From contig JAEUMR010000032.1 in NCBI GenBank assembly GCA_016791385.1, positions 1,153 through 65,152 of the forward strand: a stretch of DNA of 64,000 bases, read 5' to 3'. Below, piece after piece: positions 18,999 through 27,438 of the stretch. The notes under the pieces are model-generated. The model was not told the origin of the DNA and searched no databases. It saw nothing but the letters and a program-made list of their open reading frames with translations. Positions within the stretch are counted from its first letter, which is position 1. The number at the start of each line of letters is the position of its first letter. The stretch comes from Hyphomonadaceae bacterium (GTDB lineage: Bacteria > Pseudomonadota > Alphaproteobacteria > Caulobacterales > Aquidulcibacteraceae). The position numbers and the translations under genes were made by a program.

Positions 18999-20231
18999 AT
19001 GAGCCAATTCGGATCGCGAGCGCGAGCGTTCTTCGATCGCATGTTTCCAGAGCGGCAGATTTACCACCGCAGTGGAGGCACCGTTCGTTATGTTGCGCTC
19101 TCGCCTAGTAAACAGGCGTTGCTGGCGCTTGGCGCGGTAGGTCTTGCCGGCTGGTGCGTCTATGCGACCGCCAACACCCTGCTTGAAGGCCCGCAAGCCA
19201 CTGCCTCGAACGCTGAAGTCGAGCGCGAACGCGCCAAATACGATCGCTGGTTGAACGAGTCGCGCGCCCAAGCCGCCGCCAGCCAAGCCCTCCTGGAAGA
19301 GCGCACCCGCCAATTTGACCGCGCCACCCAGGATTTCGAAACCCGCCACGAAGTGCTGCGCTCGCTGTTGGAATATGCTGGCGGCAATGGCGTCCAGCTC
19401 GCAGCAACTCGCCCGATCGAACGCGATGGCGCCCGCATCATCATGGCCGCTTCGATCGATGAAGCCGAGCCGCGCCAGTCTCGCGCCGTCACCGCTGAGC
19501 CCTACCAGGTCACGACCGTTGGCTTCCGCGCCCGCGCCGAACGCCTTGAGTCCGACCAGGAGCGCACGCTCTCTGAACTCGAAGATCAAGTCGTCGAACG
19601 TGGCGAAACGGTTCGCGGCGTGCTGCGCCTCACCGGCGTCAGCATGGCCTCGCTGACGAGCCCGGACGGCGAAGAAACCGGCGGCCCGCTCGTGCCGCAG
19701 GACTTCGTCACTTATCTGCGCGACAGCGGCCTCAATCCGGCGTTTGCCGAACGCGTCGCCCAAGTCGCCGCGCGCGTGACTGAATCGCGCCGCCTCGGCG
19801 ATGTCGCTAATTCGACGCCGCTGGCCCCGCCGGTCGCGGTCGATTATCGCGAGACCTCCGGCTACGGCCAGCGCATTGATCCGTTCACCGGCCGCGTCGC
19901 CTTCCACTCGGGGCTCGATCTGGCAGCCTTCGAGCGTGCGCCTGTTGTCGCAACCTCACCTGGAACTGTGGTCTACGCTGGCACTCGCTCCGGCTATGGC
20001 AATACAGTTGAGATCGACCACGGCCACGGCTTTAAGACTCGGTACGGACATTTGCGCGATATCCAAGTGCAACGTGGCGAACACGTTGCCATCGGTCAGC
20101 GCATTGGCTCGATGGGGAGCACGGGGCGTAGCACGGCCACTCACCTCCATTACGAGGTGTGGTTCCGTGGTAGGGCGGTAGACCCTATCAACTTCTTGAG
20201 GGCAGGACGGCATGTTCACGAACAAGGGTAG
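18999..20231 (+). CDS. Membrane-anchored M23 peptidase (LmdC/LdpA-like, DUF5930)
   Basis: FPERQIY N-terminus, TM, coiled coil, FHSGLD, YGHL, HLHYEV intact; overlaps bactofilin gene. Confidence 0.9.
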   Translation: MSQFGSRARAFFDRMFPERQIYHRSGGTVRYVALSPSKQALLALGAVGLAGWCVYATANTLLEGPQATASNAEVERERAKYDRWLNESRAQAAASQALLEERTRQFDRATQDFETRHEVLRSLLEYAGGNGVQLAATRPIERDGARIIMAASIDEAEPRQSRAVTAEPYQVTTVGFRARAERLESDQERTLSELEDQVVERGETVRGVLRLTGVSMASLTSPDGEETGGPLVPQDFVTYLRDSGLNPAFAERVAQVAARVTESRRLGDVANSTPLAPPVAVDYRETSGYGQRIDPFTGRVAFHSGLDLAAFERAPVVATSPGTVVYAGTRSGYGNTVEIDHGHGFKTRYGHLRDIQVQRGEHVAIGQRIGSMGSTGRSTATHLHYEVWFRGRAVDPINFLRAGRHVHEQG

Positions 20232-20775
20232 ACCGGAAAACACCAACGTGCCCGCTCTTCCCGATCCCGTGGCTCAACGCAGACAAGCTCCTGGCAGACC
20301 TGGCATCGCCTCCATCATCGCCAATGGCGTGAAAATCACTGGCACGATCGACGCTGAAGGCGCCGAACTTCAAGTGGACGGTGAGATCGAAGGCAATGTC
20401 CGCGGCGGCTCGCTGACGGTTGGCGACACCGGCATGGTCAAGGGCGACGTGATCTCCGAGAGCGTCACTGTGCATGGCCGGGTCGAAGGCTCGGTGCGCG
20501 CGCGCAAGGTTATGCTGGCGCGCAACGCGCACGTGCTCGGCGACATCGTGCACCAATCGCTTTCGGTTGAGATGGGCGCAGTGTTCGAAGGCCAGTGCCG
20601 CTATTTGCAGGACCCGCTCTCGCAGTCGGGCCCGGGCACGCCTGCATCGCCGCAGATTTCTTCATCGCAAGAGCCGCGCAATTCGGCATTCGGCAGCGGC
20701 AGCTCGGTGTTCGGCGAGCCGAGCAGCGACGATCGCCTCGTCTCGGGCGTCATCGTGACGGGCGCCTCGAACTGA
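20212..20775 (+). CDS. bacA: Bactofilin (polymer-forming cytoskeletal protein)
   Basis: MFTNK N-terminus, SIIANGVKITG...LQVDGEIEG...GDIVHQSLSVEMGAVFEG. Confidence 0.92.
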   Translation: MFTNKGRPENTNVPALPDPVAQRRQAPGRPGIASIIANGVKITGTIDAEGAELQVDGEIEGNVRGGSLTVGDTGMVKGDVISESVTVHGRVEGSVRARKVMLARNAHVLGDIVHQSLSVEMGAVFEGQCRYLQDPLSQSGPGTPASPQISSSQEPRNSAFGSGSSVFGEPSSDDRLVSGVIVTGASN

Positions 20776-20805
20776 TTTTGGTACTAGGGTTGGATTAGAA
20801 CTTCG

Positions 20806-20834
20806 AAGGCCCGGCTCACCGCCGGGCCTTTTTT
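20806..20834 (+). terminator. Intrinsic terminator after bactofilin
   Basis: AAGGCCCGG-CTCACCG-CCGGGCCTTTTTT. Confidence 0.85.
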
Positions 20835-20872
20835 CTTGGCGCGCAAGGCGCCCTGCCCCGCCGCTGCTCGAA

Positions 20873-22004
20873 CTAGTCGATGTCCTCCACCACCGTCTCG
20901 CTGGCGCCGCTGACGCGGGCCGCCAAGGACGCGGCCATGAATTGGTCGAGGTCGCCATTGAGCACGCCTTGCGTGTCCGACGTTTCAACACCCGTGCGCA
21001 GGTCTTTGACCATCTGATACGGCTGCAGAACATAGGAGCGGATCTGCCGCCCCCAGCCGATCTCGGTCTTGCTATCGGCGAGCTGCTGGGCCGCCGCCTC
21101 GCGCTTTTGCAGTTCAGCCTCGTAGAGACGCGCGCGCAGCATGTCCCAGGCCGCCGCGCGGTTCTTGTGCTGACTGCGCTCGGCCTGACAGGCGACGACA
21201 ATGCCCGTCGGAATGTGCGTGAGACGAACAGCGGAGTCGGTCTTGTTGACGTGCTGACCACCTGCGCCGGAGGCGCGGTAGGTATCGGTGCGCACATCCT
21301 TGTCGAGGATCTCGATGTCGATCGAGTCGTCGATCTTGGGATAGACCCACACGCTCGAAAACGAAGTGTGCCGGCGGGCATTGGAATCGTACGGGCTGAT
21401 GCGCACCAGGCGGTGCACGCCCGCCTCCGTCTTCAGCCAGCCATACGCATTCTCGCCCTGCACCAAGATCGTCGCGCTCTTGATGCCGGCGGTGTCGCCA
21501 GATTGCTCTTCCAGGAGTTCGACTTTGTAACCGTGCGCCTGCGCCCAGCGCGAGTACATGCGCAGCAGCATCTCGGTCCAATCCTGGCTCTCGGTGCCGC
21601 CCGCGCCAGAATTGAATTCGACATACGCGTCATTGCCGTCCGCTTCGCCGGAGAGCAGCGCTTCGAGTTCCGCTTTCGCCGCGCGGCCCTGCGCCAACTT
21701 CAGCGCCTCATACGCTTCGTTGACGAGGCTCTCATCGCCTTCCGCTTCAGCCATCTCCGCCAGTTCGACGGAATCGTGCAGATCGCGCTCAAGCGAGACG
21801 ATGTTTGTCATCGCCGCTTCGAGCTTGTTGCGCTCACGCATGAGCTTTTGGGCTTTCTCCGGATCGTTCCAGAAGTCCGGGCGCTCCGAAAGCGCAGTCA
21901 GTTCGTCAAATCGGACTTGGGCGCGATCCCAGTCAAAGACGCCTCCGCAACAGACCCACGGCGGATTCGATTTGTTCGGCCAAAGCCGCGATGTCAGCGC
22001 GCAT
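20873..22004 (-). CDS. prfB: Peptide chain release factor 2 with programmed +1 frameshift
   Basis: ATG 22004, 22 codons, then CTT TGA C at 21938-21932 with internal SD GGAGG; downstream frame has SPY and GGQ motifs. Confidence 0.97.
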
Positions 22005-22102
22005 TCTCGGTTCTCGGAATTGGAGATGAAGAGTTGGGGGCCGATGTAAGGGAGGGAGCCCTAAACGCAAGGCCCCCAATCCCTGATCCCAGCCGCCAAT
22101 TC

Positions 22103-24691
22103 CTAGTACAGGCCGCCCAGGTCTTCTTGGCGCTCTTGTTGTTGTTGTTGCTGCTGTTGCGGCTGAGCCCCGCCTTCGCCTGGCGCTACGCCCGTGAACT
22201 GCGACAACAGTCGCGGATCAATCGGATCGGTGCCGCCGAAGATGAAGGGCGAGGTGGCGACATCGCGCGTCGGCTCAGTGCCTGGGCGGAACGCTTCCAG
22301 GATGGTCTGGGTCGTCGTGGGGCTGGGCAACAAGCCCGTCATCGCGTCGATGCGCACCAGCCGCACGCCAGCCGGAATCCGGAACGGCGCTGGCTGGGAG
22401 TCGCGTAAGGCCTCACGCATGAAGTCGCGGAAGATCGGCGCCGCGAGGCGGCCGCCGGTTTCGCCCTCGCCCATCGTACGGGGACGGTCGAAGCCCGCCC
22501 ACACGCCGACCACGAGGTCGGGCGAGAAGCCGATGAACCAGGCGTCCTTGTAGTCGTTGGTCGTGCCGGTCTTGCCGCCGAGCGGAAAGCCGAGCGCTGC
22601 AATGCTGGTGGCGGTGCCGCGCAGCACGACGCCCTCGGCCATCGAGACGATCTGATAAGCGGTGATCGGATCGAGCACTTGGCGGCGGTCGTCAGGCAGT
22701 TGCGGGGCCGCTTGGCGGCGCCAGTCGGCTTGGCAATCCGCGCACGCGCGCTGATCGCGGCGGAACACCGAACGGCCCGTACGATCTTGAATCCGGTCGA
22801 TCATGACCGGCTGGATCCAGCGGCCGCCATTGACGAACATGCCGTACGCAGTGGTCATGCGCAGCAATGTCGTTTCGCCGGCGCCGAGCGCGAGCGCGAA
22901 CACGGGCTGGGTGCGTTCGTCATAGACGCCAAGACGGCGGCCATATTCGAGCACGCGATCCGCGCCCATTTCGTAGGCAACCCGCGCCGTCATGGCGTTG
23001 CGCGACATTTCCAGGCCGCGCCGCAGCGTTGTCGGACCGTAGAATTCACGCGTGTAGTTTTCCGGCGACCAATTGGTGCCATCGCCCGCTTCGATCGAGA
23101 GCGGCGCATCATCCACCAGCGTCGCCGGCGTCAGGCCGTAATCGAGCGCGGCGGCATAGACGATCGGCTTGAACGACGAGCCAGGCTGGCGCATCGCCTG
23201 CGTCGCGCGGTTGAGGCCGCTCGATTCATTGAACGAATAGCCGCCCACCATCGCCAACACGCGGCCGGTGTGCGGGTCCATCGCCACCAGCGAGCCCTGC
23301 AATTCAGGCACTTGCTTCAGGCGATAGGAGCCGTTGGTCTGGCGTTGCGCGTACACGATCGCGCCGCGGCGCAGCGCACGATCGGCGTGACGGCGTGCGC
23401 CTTGCGCGGCCCATTGCGCGTCATCGTTGGAGAGCCGGCCGGTTGCGCCGTTCTCGTCCGTCAGCGTGATGGCGCCGCTGGCGATGCGCGTAACCATCGC
23501 CCGCACCCAGCCCGAAAGCTGCGGCGCGGCAGCCGCCTCACGCAATTGCGCACCCACATCGCCGGCCGCATCGCCCGCGCCGAGTGGACCGCGCCAATCG
23601 TGGCGGCGATCGTAATCCTCAAGCCCTGCACGCAATGCGCGCGCCGCGGCGAGTTGGAGCCGGGTATCGAGGGTGGAGCGGATCGAGAGGCCGCCATCAT
23701 ACAGCGCATGCTCGCCGTACTGATCCTGCACCTGCCGGCGCACTTCTTCGACGAAGTGCGAGGCGGCCACGAAACGGTCACCCGAGAGGCGATCCGTGGT
23801 GGCGAGGTCTGAGGCAGTGGCTTCGCGCGCTTGTGCTTCGGTGATGTAGCCACGCTCGAGCATGCGCGCGATCGCGTAATTGCGGCGCTCGACGGCGCGG
23901 TCATGGTGGCGCGGCAGCTGATAGTTCGCCGGGCCCTTCGGCAGAATGGCGAGATAGGCCGCTTCCGAGACCGTCAATTCGCTGAGCGGCTTGTCGAAAT
24001 AATTGAGTGCAGCCGCAGCGACGCCGTAGGCGCGGTTGCCGAGATAAATCTGGTTCAGATAGAGTTCGAGGATGCGCTCTTTGTCGAGCACGCGCTCGAT
24101 CCGTTGCGCAACAAGGCCCTCGCGCAGCTTGGTCCAGATCGCGCAAATCACGCCTTCGCACGAGGCGGCGCGGCCGGTCAGCATGTTGCCGGCGACTTGC
24201 TGCGTAATGGTGGAGGCGCCCTGGATGCGGCGCCCTTGAATGACGTCGAGCGGAATGCGCAGCACAGCGCGCGCCAAGCCCTGATAATCGAGCCCGGAAT
24301 GCTCGAAGAAGCGCGCGTCCTCAACCGCGACGAACGCATTGCGGACGTGGTCCGGAATCTGCTCGATCGGCACGAACACGCGCTGCTCGCGCGCGAACTC
24401 GGCCACGAGGGCGCCGTCGCCCGCGTGCACGCGGCTGGTGACCGGCGGTTCGTAATCTTGAAGATCGGCAAGGCTCGGCAGGCCCTGCAGGGCTGCGATC
24501 AGGAAGCCGACAACGCCGAGCACCATGACGCCGGCGAAGATGGCGACGCCAACCAATACCTTGCGCCACAGCGGGCCGCCGAATAGGCCCCCGCCGCCGC
24601 CACGCCCGCCGCGTCCGCCACGGCGATCGTAATCGTCGTAGTCGTCATCGTCCCATCGGTCATGGCGGTCGTGAGGATCGTTTCGCAGCAT
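22103..24691 (-). CDS. mrcA: Penicillin-binding protein 1A
   Basis: EDARFF, GASTITQQ, SSFK, SRN, KTGT; amiC-PBP1A-prfB gene order. Confidence 0.93.
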   Translation of the reverse strand: MLRNDPHDRHDRWDDDDYDDYDRRGGRGGRGGGGGLFGGPLWRKVLVGVAIFAGVMVLGVVGFLIAALQGLPSLADLQDYEPPVTSRVHAGDGALVAEFAREQRVFVPIEQIPDHVRNAFVAVEDARFFEHSGLDYQGLARAVLRIPLDVIQGRRIQGASTITQQVAGNMLTGRAASCEGVICAIWTKLREGLVAQRIERVLDKERILELYLNQIYLGNRAYGVAAAALNYFDKPLSELTVSEAAYLAILPKGPANYQLPRHHDRAVERRNYAIARMLERGYITEAQAREATASDLATTDRLSGDRFVAASHFVEEVRRQVQDQYGEHALYDGGLSIRSTLDTRLQLAAARALRAGLEDYDRRHDWRGPLGAGDAAGDVGAQLREAAAAPQLSGWVRAMVTRIASGAITLTDENGATGRLSNDDAQWAAQGARRHADRALRRGAIVYAQRQTNGSYRLKQVPELQGSLVAMDPHTGRVLAMVGGYSFNESSGLNRATQAMRQPGSSFKPIVYAAALDYGLTPATLVDDAPLSIEAGDGTNWSPENYTREFYGPTTLRRGLEMSRNAMTARVAYEMGADRVLEYGRRLGVYDERTQPVFALALGAGETTLLRMTTAYGMFVNGGRWIQPVMIDRIQDRTGRSVFRRDQRACADCQADWRRQAAPQLPDDRRQVLDPITAYQIVSMAEGVVLRGTATSIAALGFPLGGKTGTTNDYKDAWFIGFSPDLVVGVWAGFDRPRTMGEGETGGRLAAPIFRDFMREALRDSQPAPFRIPAGVRLVRIDAMTGLLPSPTTTQTILEAFRPGTEPTRDVATSPFIFGGTDPIDPRLLSQFTGVAPGEGGAQPQQQQQQQQERQEDLGGLY

Positions 24692-24805
24692 TGCGCCCCG
24701 CTTTGCGCGTTTAAAAGCCAATCGGCCTCGCTTCGTAATGAGGCGCGAGTAAGGCCGCAACGGCCCTCGGTGAATAGCGCTGTTAGCTTAAGAATCGCGC
24801 CTATT

Positions 24806-25936
24806 TTAGGCGCTGGCCTGCAATTGCGGCGGCGCGAAATACGCCTCTACCGCCTGCGCCATCGCCTCGGCCATGGCCTGACGCGCCCGGGGGTCGGAGA
24901 GGCGCCGCTCGTCCGTCACATTGCTCAGGAAGCCGGTCTCGATCAGCACGGCGGGAACGTCAGGCGCCAGCAGCACGAAGAAGCCGGCATTGCGGTGCGT
25001 ATTGCGCAAGAGCGGCGAGACTTGGCTGAGACACGGGATCAGAGTTTGGGCGAACTGCGACGAGCGATTGGTGGTCTCGCGCTGGTAGAGGTCGAGCAGG
25101 ATGTCTCGCGTCACGCCCTGGCGCGGTGTGTCGCCAAAATCGATGTTCCAGTTCTGCGCCATGTTCTGAGCGCGGTCCGCCCCGCGCTCGGAGAGCGTGT
25201 AAACCGACGCGCCCTGCGCCTCTGGATTGGCGTGGGAATCGGCGTGGATCGAGATGAAGAGGTCGGCGTTGTGGCTGCGGGCGAAACGCACGCGATCCTC
25301 AAGCGGAACGAAGGTGTCGTCGTTTCGCGTCAACGCCACCCGATAGCCCCGGCTTTCCAGCGCCCGGCGCAACTGCAATGCAGCGTCAAGCACCACATCC
25401 TTTTCGCGCGTACCGGTGGCGCCGATGGCGCCCGGATCGCGGCCGCCGTGCCCGGCGTCGACAACGATCGTGCGTTGCCGGCCGGAGGGACGGAATTCCT
25501 GGCGCACGGGGGCCGCAGCCACCGGCGCGGTTGGCGCGAGGTCAAAACTGAGTTCCGGGGCCCGGCGCCCGCCCAAGTCCTGCCGCACTAGCCGCGCGGG
25601 GACCATGAGATCGAGCACCACCCGCGAAACGCCATCGGCCTGCTGCGCGTAGCGATAGCGCTGCACGAAACCCGCGCCCGGCCCCTCGCTGGCGCCAGGG
25701 GGAAGCGCAAGCCGGCTTTGGGCGATATCGATTACGAAACGATCTGGCGCGCTTAGGAAAAAAGTCCGCGCTTGGGCCTGTTGGCTAAGCGCCAAGGTCA
25801 CGCGCGCGCCGGCGGAAGCGGGACTGACCACGACGCCATGGACAAGCGCGGGCGCATCCGCCCAAGCGGAATTGGCGGCGGCCAAGCCGGCGAAAGCGCC
25901 GGCGCCGAACAGGAGTGAACGTCGGGTCGTCGTCAC
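24806..25936 (-). CDS. amiC: N-acetylmuramoyl-L-alanine amidase
   Basis: Tat-like TRRSLL signal, AMIN-like region, DAGHGG, EK, SIHAD, LIETGF. Confidence 0.93.
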   Translation of the reverse strand: MTTTRRSLLFGAGAFAGLAAANSAWADAPALVHGVVVSPASAGARVTLALSQQAQARTFFLSAPDRFVIDIAQSRLALPPGASEGPGAGFVQRYRYAQQADGVSRVVLDLMVPARLVRQDLGGRRAPELSFDLAPTAPVAAAPVRQEFRPSGRQRTIVVDAGHGGRDPGAIGATGTREKDVVLDAALQLRRALESRGYRVALTRNDDTFVPLEDRVRFARSHNADLFISIHADSHANPEAQGASVYTLSERGADRAQNMAQNWNIDFGDTPRQGVTRDILLDLYQRETTNRSSQFAQTLIPCLSQVSPLLRNTHRNAGFFVLLAPDVPAVLIETGFLSNVTDERRLSDPRARQAMAEAMAQAVEAYFAPPQLQASA

Positions 25937-26072
25937 GATGGCCCGTAAAGTAACCGTTCGGGCTTGCTATGCCGTTGAAAAGCTAGGTGTACGCCGCGCT
26001 AACCAACAGCGCACGCCGCGCGCCTGTCGCTTCCCTCTTGTGGGTTCCGCGCGGTTAGCCTCTCTTAGCGGC

Positions 26073-27026
26073 ATGCGCTGGGCCCTTGCCGTTCTGGCAG
26101 TGCTGCTCGCAGCCGCTCGACCGGCGGCGGCGCAGGATTTCTCGCGCGAAGCCGCGGCCGCCGCCGAACTCCAGCTCATGTGCGCGGCCGACGCCGGGCG
26201 GTTGTGGGGCGAGAGCCTATGCGGGCCTCTGCTGGTGGCCTCGCCGGATACCCGTCAGGCATGGGCGTCACAACAAGACCAAGCGGGGGTGCTGCTGCGC
26301 CAATCTCAGGGCGGATGGGCAGGCGCTTTGCCCGCAGATGTCCCGGTCGCCAATTCCGCCGTCGATTGGGCCGGCCTGCGCTGGATCATGGTGGTGGGAC
26401 CGCTGCCGGAAGAGCCCACGCAGCGCCGCGTGCTGCTCGCCGGCGCCGCGTGGCGGCGGATTGCGGCCGCGATCGGCCTGCCTGCAAGCCGGGCGGACGC
26501 TTCCCACCTGGATACGGAGCGGGGCCGGACCCTGCTCCGCCTCGAAATGCGGGCGCTGGCCACCGCCATGCTGTCGCGCGCCCGAGCCCGCACCGAAGCG
26601 GGGCGCGACGCGCTGGCGTTCCGGATGGCGCGCTGGAACGAATTTCCGGGGGCTGCGGCGGCCGAGGCTTCGCTCGACCGCTATGAAGGATTGGCCGCTT
26701 ATACCGGCGTGCGTCTGGGCCTGCCTGACAATCCCCAGATCTTCGCCGCCCGCACGCTCGATCAATATGACCGCCGCCAAGCCCTGGGCCGGACCTATGC
26801 CGCCGCGACTGGTCCGGCCTATGGCCTGCTGCTGGACGAGATCGCGCCCGGCTGGCGCAGCCAATTAGGCTCGCATGCCCCCGCCGACTTGCTGGTCTCG
26901 CCCCTCCGCGCCGCCCTCCTCAGCGGCCGCGACCTCGATCGCGCCATGGAGCGATATGGGGCCGCCGCCATCGCCGCCGAGGAGCGGGCCCGCGCTTCGG
27001 CCCAGAGCGCCCCAACGAGGCAATAG
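26073..27026 (+). CDS. Exported hypothetical protein, metallopeptidase-like with degenerate HExxH
   Basis: Signal peptide ending AAAQ; LWGESLCGP, ANSAVDW, HLD...GR..LRLE, EGLAAYTG. Confidence 0.7.
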   Translation: MRWALAVLAVLLAAARPAAAQDFSREAAAAAELQLMCAADAGRLWGESLCGPLLVASPDTRQAWASQQDQAGVLLRQSQGGWAGALPADVPVANSAVDWAGLRWIMVVGPLPEEPTQRRVLLAGAAWRRIAAAIGLPASRADASHLDTERGRTLLRLEMRALATAMLSRARARTEAGRDALAFRMARWNEFPGAAAAEASLDRYEGLAAYTGVRLGLPDNPQIFAARTLDQYDRRQALGRTYAAATGPAYGLLLDEIAPGWRSQLGSHAPADLLVSPLRAALLSGRDLDRAMERYGAAAIAAEERARASAQSAPTRQ

Positions 27027-27438
27027 CCCCCGCTGGGCGCTTGCGGCCGATACGAGCGCTTCCTTTCCCCAACCAAATCATGCAATGTCCGCCCATCGCC
27101 GTGTGCGCCGCCTGGGGCCGACCCCATGAGCGCCCGGCGCGCTCCCGCTCAGCGGATGGCGTCTGGCCCGCGGTGCGCTTCTCAGCGCCCGATCCCGGCC
27201 CTAGAGCACGCATCCCCCGGCTGGAGCAGACTAGCGCTGCCCTCGGCGGCGCCCACTCGGAGCCCGCGTATGATCCTCGCAGCGATTGATTTGGAAGCGG
27301 GCCGCGCTAGCGCCGCCGCGCGCCAAATCGCGCGAAAGGGTCATCGCATTCACACGAATTTGCGTCGCCTCGCCGCCCCGCCTGTCCCGTACGGGCGCGC
27401 CGGAGCATGTGCGCGCGACGCGCACGGAGCCCTCATCG

